This document shows, piece after piece, positions 38,234 through 48,306 of a stretch of DNA of 64,000 nt (positions are counted from its first letter, which is position 1; each line of letters begins with the position of its first letter). Source of the stretch: Candidatus Latescibacterota bacterium (lineage in GTDB: Bacteria; Latescibacterota; UBA2968; GCA-2709665); assembly GCA_965116875.1 (NCBI GenBank), contig OZ220733.1, positions 2,592,001-2,656,000 of the forward strand, in the 5' to 3' direction. The position numbers and the translations under genes are program-made. Below the pieces are notes generated by a model. It searched no databases. It saw only the letters and a list, made by a program, of their open reading frames with translations, and was not told the origin of the DNA.

Positions 38234-39637
38234 ATGACATCTGGCGGAATTGCTGACGATGATTGGGTGGACAGACTCGCTCAAGTTCTTCCGAAACTCG
38301 CGAAGGTGCAGGAACCATTTCTTCGCGAGTATTGGGAGCAGAATGCGGGTGTTCGTGTCGTATATGACCGACGGTCTGGCAAACCGGTTTTTCCATTGGA
38401 CGATCTGCGCGATCTCTATGCGATAGCGCGCCATAGCAACGAGTTGGGCGCACGAAAACATTACGCGCCCCTACTCCGTGCGTTAGATCCCGCGCGGCAT
38501 ATCCTGCTTTCTCATCCCGTGTTAGCGCAGGTTGTGGGCCCGATTATTGGCAGAGACAACTTCTGGATGCAGATCCTGAACGGAGGCACTTCGATCAGTC
38601 CGACGGACTTGATTGCGGGACTGTTCGCACGTGCCCATGAACTGTCCGATGACAGCTTCCGGCAAGCTGCGAGCGAAATGAAAGCGTTACTCGATCCGGG
38701 CGTCGAACGCGGGACGCTCTCCCTGCCGGGCGGTTTGGATGTCGGATACAATATGACCCTGTTTTACGGCCTGACCGTGACGGAGATTGCGAATGTCGGG
38801 GAAGGTATCGCGATTCTGCCGTACGAGGATGTGGCGCCGTTCGTGGACGAGAACTGGATAGACGAACTCGCTCCGGACGGCGCCGGGTTTCACCGCTGGC
38901 GGTCAGTCGGAGCGGTGGTGAGACCGTTCCGGTGGAAGCCGCTGTTCAGCCGATCTGGCTACGAACGGGAGCCGGTGTTGCAAAATCCCAAGTCGTTTTT
39001 CCGGGACGCACGGATCCTTCTGGATCTCCTTGCCCTAGCCCACGAGGCGCCAGTCGTGCCTCTGGCAGAATCGTCCTATTGTATCAACCGGTCCACAGGC
39101 CGACTCCTGGGTCGGGATGGTCAAGGGCACGGTGCCTCATGGCGGAATCCGGCCAAGAACATCGAAGGATTCGAAGAATGTCCGGAGCTGGCGCTAGAAC
39201 CGCTTGCCGAAGCGAAGGAAGCCTTCGACAACCGTAAGAGCCAGCAATATAACTGGATGGCACCCGTCGTCGGCTGGCTCGCTGAGGCGCTCGGGCGATC
39301 CGGACGTTTTGCTGCCGAACTCAGGGTTGTCGAAGTTGCGATCGCTCTTGAACGCATGTACGAAATAAATGAGCGTGGAATTTCGCGCCATTTGCAAAAC
39401 AAGATATCTCGCGTCCTAGGAACCGATGACGAAAGTCGAGAAAAGATCAAGGTGAAGGTAAAGGAATTTTACGACGCCCGGTCGGAAATCGTCCACGGGA
39501 GAAGGGACAAGTTGAATCCTCTCCGGACCGACGCGGCCTTCTTCAAGGGATTCAGTATCGCCAGGCAGTCTGTGTTCAAGCTCCTGCGCGAGGGATCTCC
39601 CGAAGACTGGGAAGCGTTAGTGCGAGACGAAAAGTGA
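38234..39637 (+). CDS. ApeA-like HEPN-domain protein (putative RNase)
   Basis: C-terminal 'IALERMY...FYDARSEIVHG' with an RxxxxH motif. Confidence 0.7.
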   Translation: MTSGGIADDDWVDRLAQVLPKLAKVQEPFLREYWEQNAGVRVVYDRRSGKPVFPLDDLRDLYAIARHSNELGARKHYAPLLRALDPARHILLSHPVLAQVVGPIIGRDNFWMQILNGGTSISPTDLIAGLFARAHELSDDSFRQAASEMKALLDPGVERGTLSLPGGLDVGYNMTLFYGLTVTEIANVGEGIAILPYEDVAPFVDENWIDELAPDGAGFHRWRSVGAVVRPFRWKPLFSRSGYEREPVLQNPKSFFRDARILLDLLALAHEAPVVPLAESSYCINRSTGRLLGRDGQGHGASWRNPAKNIEGFEECPELALEPLAEAKEAFDNRKSQQYNWMAPVVGWLAEALGRSGRFAAELRVVEVAIALERMYEINERGISRHLQNKISRVLGTDDESREKIKVKVKEFYDARSEIVHGRRDKLNPLRTDAAFFKGFSIARQSVFKLLREGSPEDWEALVRDEK

Positions 39638-39939
39638 AGAATTGACAAAAGGCGCGCACCGCGTTGGAATACTAGGGATTCGATAGGATGCAAGATTGAC
39701 GGTGCTTCGATACAAGCGAAGATTCAGCTGCCTGACGGCTTCCAGTTTGAAGTCTGTTTAGTTACTCGAAACTCAATCCGTACACGAAACAAGCAGAATT
39801 AATGATGAGCGCCCCTATGCAACAGTGTACTACCGATACGATCACAGCGGAAATCCCAAGGACAAGAGAAACTCAAATCCAATAGTCCCATTGTTCCTTC
39901 AGATTACGTATCGGTGAATCTATCTTTTCGAGCAGCACT

Positions 39940-42900
39940 ATGGACACAGCAACGACCTATGTCGCCCCGAGGACATGCACTGTAGTCGACGAAGGCGGGG
40001 TAGCGGGCGACGCGAAAGATGGCGCGGCGCCGTTGAGCGACTACGCGGACGTGGCGTCGTACGTGCTGATTGCCGAACCTGGAGCTGGCAAGACTACGGC
40101 ATTCAAGGCCGAGGCAACCAGCCATGGGGGTGTATATGTCACAGTTCAGAACTTTCTGACTTTTGACGATAATCCGGAGTGGCATGACGCCACGCTGTTT
40201 CTGGATGGGCTCGATGAGTCGCGCGCCGGAGTACAGGATGGCCGGACGCCTCTTAACGACGTCCGAAGGAAGCTGGATCGCCTGGGATGCCCGCCCTTCC
40301 GCCTGTCCTGCCGGTGGGCTTTTTGGATGGCGGCAACTGATAAGAAGGCGTTGAAAGACGTCTCGTCTGACGGCACGGTCATTGTGGTTCGGTTGGATCC
40401 CCTATCGGAACAAAACATCAAGGCCATACTCGCTAAGAACCACGGCGTTGAGGACGCCGATGACTTCGTCAAGGCAGCGCAGGAGCGTGGGGTGGATCGG
40501 CTGCTGAGAAACCCCCAGAACCTTGACCTTATTGCCAAGTCCGTCTCACGAGGAAAATGGCCGGATTCCCGCAAGGACACATTCGATCAAGCTTGCTGGA
40601 TGCTCGCTCGCGAGCCGAACGGAGAGCATATGGCGGCGAACCCGTCCAGTGCAGACACGGGCCTGTTGATCGACGCGGCCGGACGGCTGTGTGCGGCGCA
40701 GCTCATTTCCGGTGCGGTGGGGTATAGTCTGCCTGACAGGGCGGAGCCTGACGGAGACTTTCCTTTCTTCACGAAAGTCTACGGAGAGATCGGTTATAAC
40801 AACGCGAGGAACGTCCTGGGAACGCGCCTGTTTGTGGGAGTGTCTGAAGGAAAGCTGGCGCCGGCACACAGGCAAGTCGCGGAGTTTCTGGCGGCCAAGT
40901 ATGTCTCCGGCCTACTCGATGCAGGTCTCCCTTTGGGCCGAGTTCTTGCCCTGATCATAGGTTTCGACGGAGAACTGGTGCCATCGTTCAATAACTTCGC
41001 ATCGTGGTTGGCCGTGTTAAACAAACGATCCAGAAGAGTGCTTAGCCGTATGGATCCCAGCGGTATGATATATGCCGGCGACCGCAAGACGTACTCGGTC
41101 GAAGAGAAGCGGGAAATCGTGTTGAACCTGCGCCGGGAGTCCTATTGGAACCCGTGGTGTACACGGTCACTGTCCATGACGCGTGGCATCGGCGGGATCG
41201 TATCGCCTGAAATTGAAGAGACGTTCCTAGAAATCCTGACAGAAAGCGAGCGGGGCCGCGAGTACCAGTCCTATGTGATGCTCCTGATGCAGATGCTGGC
41301 CGATGGCGAGCCACTTCCGGCACTTTCAGACGTGGTGGAGCAGGTCGTGCGCGATAGTACATGGAATATGGGCGTCCGATGTGCGGCTCTCGACGTGCTG
41401 ACCAGTTACCACTCCCAAGGGCGAATCGACTCCGCAGGGCTTAAGAGAACGGTGGCCGATATCGACGCCGGCTTACTCGATGACCCGCAGGACGAACTCC
41501 TAGGAATCTTGCTGAAGGCGCTCTACCCGAACGCTCTGTCAATAGCGGAAGTTCAGCGGTACTTGAAGAAACCGAAGCTCGTCGACAGAACCGGTGAGTA
41601 TGTCGACTTCTGGACGAAACACGTCCCCGAGGAATCCACGCCGGAACAGTTAGCTGAGCTGCTGGACGGAATCGTGGAGCGATTCGAAGAGTACAGGCCG
41701 TTCATGATAAGTGACGTCGGCCGGATGACGGATCTGAGCCAACTACCGGTGAAGCTCTTGGATCGGGTTCTGACGGATATTCGCCGGAGTAATCCCCGTG
41801 GCAGCGTCGCCGTAGACCGACTTTATGAGTGGCTGGGTGTGGTCTCGGACCCAGGTCTACGTTTGCCGGAGCCGCAAACCGAGCACATCAGGTTTGATTT
41901 GGCCTGGGATGCAGAGTCGCTAAAGGCCCTTATAACCTATGGTGTCGAGACATGCGTACGCACGGGCGAAGAATGCGAGGATTTGGTTGACCGGCGCCTG
42001 TTCGGAGCTCGCCCGTGGAGATACGGTCAGTGGTGCCTGGACATGGCACTGGGCGCCGACGAGGGCAAGGTAGCGTCCTTCTATATCCAGGAACTCATCA
42101 ACTGCGTGGAGGACGGGTCCCGCGCTGACGGGTTGACTTTAGAAGGGGCCCGTGCGGGTTTTGCTGGGGATCGGGCGTTGACGGACCAGTTCGACGAGAT
42201 TGTAGCACGTGGGTCAAGCGACGATGGCCAAGCGGAACGCTCCCCAGGACATGCATCTACGGCCGAAATGGGGTCGGCTGAGGACACCGCAGGCCAACGG
42301 ATCTGGCAGGCGGAGACTGAGGCGCAGGCTACAGAATTGCAATCAGGGCGCGGTGCACCTGATCTGCTCCATCGGGCAGCTGAGGCTTACCTGGGCGTCC
42401 ACGACACCTTTGCGGGGAAGTCTGCTCGGCAGCGTCTGGACGATCTCGTCGGCAGTCGTGCTGATTTGATTGACCTGCTTCTATCTGGGATGGAAGGGTC
42501 CATCACACGGGAGGATCTACCGGACTGCGACGACGTCGTGCGGCTGTACGACCGGAACCGTGTTAATGTATTGGTGATGCCTTTCGTGGCCGGGCTGCAT
42601 AGCTTGGAACAAGCGGGCAGGCTTCTGGACGACGGCCTGAACGGGAGCCAGATCCGCCTGGCAGTGACGGTTCTATATCTGCTTCCTCGGCGATTCGTCG
42701 ACCCGGACAGTAACGACGGGAGTAGCGTGTACCGACCGGCGTGGTTTCGATCCGTTCTTCGTGACAATCCGGCGTTGGTCGCTGGTGTGGTACGCCGTAG
42801 TGCTGGTCTGAAGCTTGAGAGCGGCGTGCAGTTGCCTATCGAACTACACGAGTTGGCCAAAGCCGAGGATCATCGGGAGGTCGCCAAAATGGCTTCCCTG

Positions 42901-44049
42901 TCCGTGCTTGAAGATTTCCCGAAGGTGGAGACGGATGAGGCCCTGCAGGCGCTTTGTTGGACGCTCCACGCGGCACTGGAGACCTGCGACTGGCTGGCTG
43001 TGGGCAGAGTGATCGAAGATCGAATCGAGAAAGGCGGACGGGGGGTGGCGCAGCGCGGATGCTGGTTGGCGGCGGGATACTTCGTCGAGCCTAAACGATA
43101 CCGGGATGACCTTCGGAGTATGTCGGACGACGTAGAGGGATTGAGGTCGCTCGCGAGGTTCGTGGCGGCGGGAAGATTCCCGAAGGAATTCACCCGAAAA
43201 TTCGCCCCGGGCGATTTCGTACCGATCGTCACAGTGCTCGGTGCGGCACTTCGAGGTGAAGTTTTATCGAAAGAGGCGTATTGGAAGGTTTCCGATCTGA
43301 TTGATACCCTCGCCGAGGATCCAAGTGCCGCCGCTACGGATGTAATTGAGGCGCTATCGAACCTGTCCGACGTTGAACCTTGGGAGCCCGCGACAGCTGA
43401 CGCAAAGGAACGTCAGGCGCGGAAACGGCGGGAGCACGAGTACCGACATAGTGAAATCGAGAAGGTAGTCCAGACCCTCGACGGAGGTCCTCCGGCGAAT
43501 GCGGCGGACCTCGCGACGCTCGTGTCACAGGAACTAACGGCTCTATCCCTCAAGATTCGCGATGGAAGCACCTCGGACTGGCGCCAGTACTGGAACGTCA
43601 ATCCATACAATCGACCGACTGATCCAAAACCGGAGGATGCCTGCCGTGACACGGTGCTTTCCGATCTGCAGGAACGGATCGGAAGGTTTGAAATCGACGC
43701 GCAGCCGGAGGGAGTTTACGCCGAAGACAAGAGGTCGGACATCCGCGTCAGCTACGGCGGGTTCAATGTTCCGGTGGAGATCAAGCGAAGCTGCCACAGA
43801 GACCTCTGGATGGCGGTCAAGAGTCAGTTGGTCGCAAAATACACTCGAGACCCCGGGGCCGCAGGGTATGGTATTTACTTGGTGTTCTGGTTCGGTGACA
43901 CGGAGAAATGTCGGCCCATAAAGTGCGGCGACTGGACTCCCGAGACGGCAGCTGAGGTGAAGACGAAGATCGAGGAGTCATTGGACGATCAGGAGGGGCG
44001 TTTGATTTCGGTGTGTGTGGTGGACGTCTCGAAGCCGCGCTTGGCCTAG
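39940..44049 (+). CDS. NACHT/STAND NTPase with C-terminal PD-(D/E)xK nuclease-like domain
   Basis: Walker A 'AEPGAGKT', Walker B 'LFLDGLDE', 'LSCR', 'NP', 'HRQVAEFLAA'. C-terminal 'EDACRD...QPEG...RSDI...PVEIK...GIYLVFWFG'. Confidence 0.8.
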   Translation: MDTATTYVAPRTCTVVDEGGVAGDAKDGAAPLSDYADVASYVLIAEPGAGKTTAFKAEATSHGGVYVTVQNFLTFDDNPEWHDATLFLDGLDESRAGVQDGRTPLNDVRRKLDRLGCPPFRLSCRWAFWMAATDKKALKDVSSDGTVIVVRLDPLSEQNIKAILAKNHGVEDADDFVKAAQERGVDRLLRNPQNLDLIAKSVSRGKWPDSRKDTFDQACWMLAREPNGEHMAANPSSADTGLLIDAAGRLCAAQLISGAVGYSLPDRAEPDGDFPFFTKVYGEIGYNNARNVLGTRLFVGVSEGKLAPAHRQVAEFLAAKYVSGLLDAGLPLGRVLALIIGFDGELVPSFNNFASWLAVLNKRSRRVLSRMDPSGMIYAGDRKTYSVEEKREIVLNLRRESYWNPWCTRSLSMTRGIGGIVSPEIEETFLEILTESERGREYQSYVMLLMQMLADGEPLPALSDVVEQVVRDSTWNMGVRCAALDVLTSYHSQGRIDSAGLKRTVADIDAGLLDDPQDELLGILLKALYPNALSIAEVQRYLKKPKLVDRTGEYVDFWTKHVPEESTPEQLAELLDGIVERFEEYRPFMISDVGRMTDLSQLPVKLLDRVLTDIRRSNPRGSVAVDRLYEWLGVVSDPGLRLPEPQTEHIRFDLAWDAESLKALITYGVETCVRTGEECEDLVDRRLFGARPWRYGQWCLDMALGADEGKVASFYIQELINCVEDGSRADGLTLEGARAGFAGDRALTDQFDEIVARGSSDDGQAERSPGHASTAEMGSAEDTAGQRIWQAETEAQATELQSGRGAPDLLHRAAEAYLGVHDTFAGKSARQRLDDLVGSRADLIDLLLSGMEGSITREDLPDCDDVVRLYDRNRVNVLVMPFVAGLHSLEQAGRLLDDGLNGSQIRLAVTVLYLLPRRFVDPDSNDGSSVYRPAWFRSVLRDNPALVAGVVRRSAGLKLESGVQLPIELHELAKAEDHREVAKMASLSVLEDFPKVETDEALQALCWTLHAALETCDWLAVGRVIEDRIEKGGRGVAQRGCWLAAGYFVEPKRYRDDLRSMSDDVEGLRSLARFVAAGRFPKEFTRKFAPGDFVPIVTVLGAALRGEVLSKEAYWKVSDLIDTLAEDPSAAATDVIEALSNLSDVEPWEPATADAKERQARKRREHEYRHSEIEKVVQTLDGGPPANAADLATLVSQELTALSLKIRDGSTSDWRQYWNVNPYNRPTDPKPEDACRDTVLSDLQERIGRFEIDAQPEGVYAEDKRSDIRVSYGGFNVPVEIKRSCHRDLWMAVKSQLVAKYTRDPGAAGYGIYLVFWFGDTEKCRPIKCGDWTPETAAEVKTKIEESLDDQEGRLISVCVVDVSKPRLA

Positions 44050-44402
44050 GGTTGAACCATCAACGTGAGAAAGTCGAAGTAACGACGTCGCTTCGCACGC
44101 GCCGGCACTTCGCGGTCCGACCGCAGCACCTTGGAGGTCCCGCGCGGGATCTCTACCAACCAAAGACCCCTGCGTGTCATTATCTCCAACATCGGTTCTT
44201 GACCGCATCTCGTACTCTCCTCTACGCCAATATACCACATTAAACTCGGAGGGAAAGTCGTCTCACTCTATATTCACACGTCGGGCCACCTTCGCCGAAG
44301 CTCGCGTGACAATGCGGTGGATAAGATTATCGTTGTTGAAAAGAAGCAATTTAAGATGGAATTTGACAGTCCGAAGCAAGCCGAATAAAGGCAGATAGTC
44401 GA

Positions 44403-44852
44403 ATGGCAGACCTGGACCTCACTCAATCAGAAGCAGACGCTTTGATTGAGATGGAAAAACATCGTGTAAATGATGATCAGACTAACTTCCCGATGGGAGG
44501 CGAGTCGGTTGTCGTTCCCCTTCAGTCCGTCGACCGGAGAGAGCAATTCCTGCTAGACTTGAGTCGTGCGAGCATCAATCTCTCCAAAGTCAAATTGCAG
44601 ACTCGCGGGCGGCAAGTGGTCGTATTGGTCCGACTGGATTTGGGTGGTGCGCCACATCGAAACCCGGATGGCGAGGAAGTACCGGTGCCGCACCTGCACA
44701 TTTACCGTGAAGGCTTCGGCGACAAGTGGGCATTTCCCGTTCCCACCGAAGGGTTTCGAAAAGTCGGCGATGTCTGGACAACTTTCGAAGACTTCCTGCA
44801 GTACTGCAACGTTACGCGACCGCCAAACGTCGAACGGGGGCTCTTCACATGA
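44403..44852 (+). CDS. DUF6978-like protein
   Basis: '[14 protein letters not shown]', '[31 protein letters not shown]'. Confidence 0.7.
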   Translation: MADLDLTQSEADALIEMEKHRVNDDQTNFPMGGESVVVPLQSVDRREQFLLDLSRASINLSKVKLQTRGRQVVVLVRLDLGGAPHRNPDGEEVPVPHLHIYREGFGDKWAFPVPTEGFRKVGDVWTTFEDFLQYCNVTRPPNVERGLFT

Positions 44853-45613
44853 TTCACGAAATTAAAAATCTCATCGACGAGTATTATGCCTGGCTTAAGG
44901 ACAAAACAGTCCTGAACCAGATCGACCAGTGGGTCGAGATCACCACACCATATCTGGATCGACACAACGATTATTTGCAGATCTATGCAAAGGAATCCAA
45001 CGGTGGGTTCGTGTTAACGGACGACGGATATACCATTGAGGATCTTGCCCATAGTGGTTGCAATCTCGAAAGTCCCAAGCGTCAAGATCTACTCCAGATG
45101 ACACTCAATGGTTTTGGCGTCCAAATAGACGGACGTGCGTTACAGGTCAATGCGTCAGCCGAAAATTTCGCAATGCGCAAACACAATCTCTTGCAGGCGA
45201 TGCTCGCCGTCAACGATATGTTTTACATGGCGGCACCCACCGTAGCGAATATCTTCTATGAAGATGTAGAGGCTTGGCTTGATCGACACGATATTCGCCA
45301 TACGCCAAAGGTAAAGTTCACCGGAAGAACTGGATTCGATCACCTATTTGATTTCGTGATTCCAAAGTCCCGGCAGAAGCCGGAACGGCTGATTCAGACC
45401 GTCAACCGACCGAGTCGTTCTAACGCTCAGGCAGTGGTGCTCTCGTGGATCGACACAAAAGAGGTCCGTACGTCCGGATCGATTGTTTACGCTTTGCTTA
45501 ATGACTCCGAAAAAAAGGTGGACCACACAGTGATGGCCGCGCTTCGGATCTACGACGTCAAACCGGTGGTGTGGAGCCAGCGAGAAGACTCCCGAATGGA
45601 ATTGGCGGCTTGA
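44849..45613 (+). CDS. DUF1828/DUF1829-like protein
   Basis: ATGA overlap with the upstream gene. '[17 protein letters not shown]...LTDDGYT' and '[16 protein letters not shown]'. Confidence 0.75.
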   Translation: MIHEIKNLIDEYYAWLKDKTVLNQIDQWVEITTPYLDRHNDYLQIYAKESNGGFVLTDDGYTIEDLAHSGCNLESPKRQDLLQMTLNGFGVQIDGRALQVNASAENFAMRKHNLLQAMLAVNDMFYMAAPTVANIFYEDVEAWLDRHDIRHTPKVKFTGRTGFDHLFDFVIPKSRQKPERLIQTVNRPSRSNAQAVVLSWIDTKEVRTSGSIVYALLNDSEKKVDHTVMAALRIYDVKPVVWSQREDSRMELAA

Positions 45614-45692
45614 GCGTCAGGTCTCGCTACTCTTCGTCAAAACCTGCCACAGCCTGCCCATCATCCCTCGAACCCGAAAAAACACTACCATT

Positions 45693-45733
45693 TACTCAAT
45701 ACATTGAGTATAATTACTCATTATGTTGAGTAA
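45693..45733. promoter_or_regulatory. Tandem palindromic operator-like boxes at the AAA gene start
   Basis: tactcaa-taca-ttgagta and ttactca-ttatgt-tgagtaa, overlapping TATAAT and the ATG. Confidence 0.55.
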
Positions 45734-46931
45734 TTTGTCATATACGCGTCCGCACGGGGAGGACCTGCTGCGTCGTTTGCACGAGCCGCGCCGGTTTATT
45801 CAGGTGATTACCGGGGCGAGGCAGGTGGGCAAGACGACCCTGATCACGCAGGTTGCGGAGAAAACGGGGTTGCCGTATCGCTACGCAAGCGCAGACGAAC
45901 CCACGTTGCGCGGCTCGGAGTGGATCGCCCAGCAGTGGGACGCCGCGCGGCTTCTCGAGGGCGACGCGGGGGACGACGGCGCGCTTCTCATCCTTGACGA
46001 GGTACAGAAGGCGCCGAACTGGTCCGAGGTGGTCAAGCGGCTGTGGGACGAGGATACGCGGAGCCGGCGACGGTTGAAGGTCGTGTTGTCGGGTTCAGCG
46101 CAACTTCTGATCGGGCGCGGACTCACCGAGAGCCTCGCCGGGCGTTTCGAACGGCTCCACGTACCGCACTGGAGCTTTCTTGAAATGCGGACCGCGTTTG
46201 GCTGGTCCCTGGAGCGATTCCTGTTCTACGGAGCCTATCCTGGCGCGGCGCCTCTGGCGGCGGAGCCGGCGCGATGGTCCCGGTACATCAGGGATTCGCT
46301 CATCGAAACGACGATCTCCCGGGACGTCCTTCTCCTCTCCCGGGTGGACAAACCGGCCCTGTTGCGCCGGTTGTTCGAATTGGGTTGCGCCTATTCAGGG
46401 CAGATCCTTTCCTATTCGAAGATGCTGGGCCAACTCCACGACGCGGGCAACACCACAACGCTGGCCCACTATCTCGACTTCCTGGGCGTCGCGGGGATGC
46501 TCGGCGGCTTGCAGAAGTACGCCGGGGCCGCCGTGCGGCGTCGGAGTTCCAGCCCGAAGTTTCAAGTCTTCAACACGGCCCTGATGACCGCCGGGTCGGG
46601 CCTCACCTTCGCCCAGGCGCGAGCCGACCGGGAGTTCTGGGGAAGATTGGTTGAATCCGCTGTAGGTGCGCATCTGGTGAATTCCGCCGCCGGTGGCTCA
46701 TGTGAGGTCTTCTACTGGCGCGACCGCAACCGCGAGGTGGATTTCGTCGTGCGCGCGGGACGGACGGTCACCGCGATAGAGGTAAAGAGCGGAAGAGCAG
46801 GTCACGTCCCTTCGGGAATGGCGGGCTTTGCCGAGGCCTTTCGACCGACTCGCAGCCTGCTCATCGGAGGCGACGGCATTGCGGTCGAAGAGTTCCTCTC
46901 AAGACCGGTAGAGCATTGGACAAATGCATGA
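45723..46931 (+). CDS. AAA_14 ATPase with DUF4143 (PD-(D/E)xK-like) C-terminus
   Basis: 'GARQVGKTT', 'ILDEVQ', 'ESLAGR', 'EVDFV...AIEVKS'. Confidence 0.85.
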   Translation: MLSNLSYTRPHGEDLLRRLHEPRRFIQVITGARQVGKTTLITQVAEKTGLPYRYASADEPTLRGSEWIAQQWDAARLLEGDAGDDGALLILDEVQKAPNWSEVVKRLWDEDTRSRRRLKVVLSGSAQLLIGRGLTESLAGRFERLHVPHWSFLEMRTAFGWSLERFLFYGAYPGAAPLAAEPARWSRYIRDSLIETTISRDVLLLSRVDKPALLRRLFELGCAYSGQILSYSKMLGQLHDAGNTTTLAHYLDFLGVAGMLGGLQKYAGAAVRRRSSSPKFQVFNTALMTAGSGLTFAQARADREFWGRLVESAVGAHLVNSAAGGSCEVFYWRDRNREVDFVVRAGRTVTAIEVKSGRAGHVPSGMAGFAEAFRPTRSLLIGGDGIAVEEFLSRPVEHWTNA

Positions 46932-46957
46932 AATATGTTCAATCGCAACGAAACCCA

Positions 46958-47499
46958 GGGCACCCACAAGGGGTGCCCCTACAACATCACGGTCGTTCGT
47001 GGAGGAATGCGGTGGAGAGGTACAGGCGAATCCGGACGATAGGCCAATCCTGGTTTTTCGATGAATTGGGAACATCTGTTGCAAATGATTCACCACCTGC
47101 TCGGAAATGTTCCAATTGTAGGGGCGCCCCTTGTGGGTGCCCGCCTTCCTGATCGCAATGGTCGCCGCAGCGAAACCCAGGGCACCCACAAGGGGTGCCC
47201 CTACGACGTCACGGTCGTTCGTAGGTGGGTGAGGGGGAGAGGTACAGGCGAATCCGGACGATAGGCCAATCCTGGTTTTTCCGATGAATTGGGTACATTT
47301 GTTGTAAATGTCTGACCACGTACGCGAAATTGTTCCAATTGTAGGGGCGCCCCTTGTGGGTGCCCGCCTGTCACGACATCCGAATAATTGCCTGGGATAA
47401 CACATTCGTAGGGGCGCCTCTTGTGGGCGCCCGCCTGCCTCGGCAACCGAATAATTGCCTGAGATAACACATTCGTAGGGGCGCCCCTTGTGGGCGCCC
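46958..47499. repeat. REP/REPIN cluster (6 type-A REPs) upstream of RAYT
   Basis: REPs at 46958, 47118, 47180, 47341, 47408, 47475. Two doublets with ~135-bp conserved spacers and tandem copies at a 67-bp period. Confidence 0.9.
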
Positions 47500-47657
47500 G
47501 GTCTTTCCGAAAAATTGGTATCAATCCGGAAAAATTGGCACGACGGTTGCAATATTGAAGGAAGTCCGCCAGATGACGGAGATTGTAAATGCGCCTGTTT
47601 TGGGCGCCACAACGGGAACCAGGGCAACCACGAGGGTTGCCCCTACGAAGGATAGGC

Positions 47658-48266
47658 GTGTACAATCCGGACATCCACAATCGCAGGTCGATGCGACTGA
47701 AGGGATACGACTATTCGAAGGCAGGGGCGTACCTCGTAACCATTGTCGCGAAGGGTCGATTAGCGCTGTTTGGTGATGTGGTTGATGGCAAGATGCGGTC
47801 GAATCCCGTGGGAGAAATGGTAAAAAGAACATGGTTGGAAATGCCCAGTCGATTCCCAGCTATCGTTTTGGACGAATTTATCGCCATGCCAAACCACGTT
47901 CATGGAATCATCATCCTGCCACGTGCGAGGCTTGGGGACGGCCCAGCAGCTAAAGGTGGTCCGGACATCGATATAGAAGCCAGGGCAACCACAAGGGTCG
48001 CCCCTACAAAGGATGGGCGCACGAGACTGGGGGATGTGGTCGGCGCATTTAAATCATTGACAACATTGGAATATATACGTGGCGTGCGCGATATGAACTG
48101 GCCACCGTTTGCGGGGCAGTTGTGGCAGCGGAATTTCTACGAACATGTCGTTCGGACCGACGTTTCGTTGCAGAAATATCGCAAGTATATAGTTGACAAT
48201 CCGGTACAATGGCCGTTTGATCGTGAGAACCCGAAGGCCGCAGGTCCCAGGTCTCATTCGACATAG
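47658..48266 (+). mobile_element. rayT: REP-associated tyrosine transposase (RAYT, Y1 HUH family)
   Basis: 'RRSMRLKGYDYS..GAYLVTI', HUH 'MPNHVHGII', 'LWQRNFYEHVVR', catalytic 'YIVDNP'. Flanked by GTAG REPs. GTG start 47658. Confidence 0.9.
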
Positions 48267-48306
48267 GCATCGATATCCCGGCCGTCACCTCAATGCGGAC
48301 AGACCA

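Noticed and set aside
44046-44240. Small minus-strand ORF (64 aa) between NACHT and DUF6978
   Set aside because: No motif, no clear RBS, and opposite to the orientation of the island, so it cannot be supported.
47341-47499. CRISPR array (25-bp palindromic repeat, 67-bp period)
   Set aside because: The spacers are near-identical to each other, the repeats occur in both orientations and begin with GTAG, a RAYT is adjacent, and there are no cas genes. These are REPs.
46899-47680. ORFs 46899-47627, 47201-47680, 48290-48766 and 31069-31455
   Set aside because: They are translations of REP/REPIN DNA (recurrent VGAPLVGA, RAPTRGAPT peptides), not genes.
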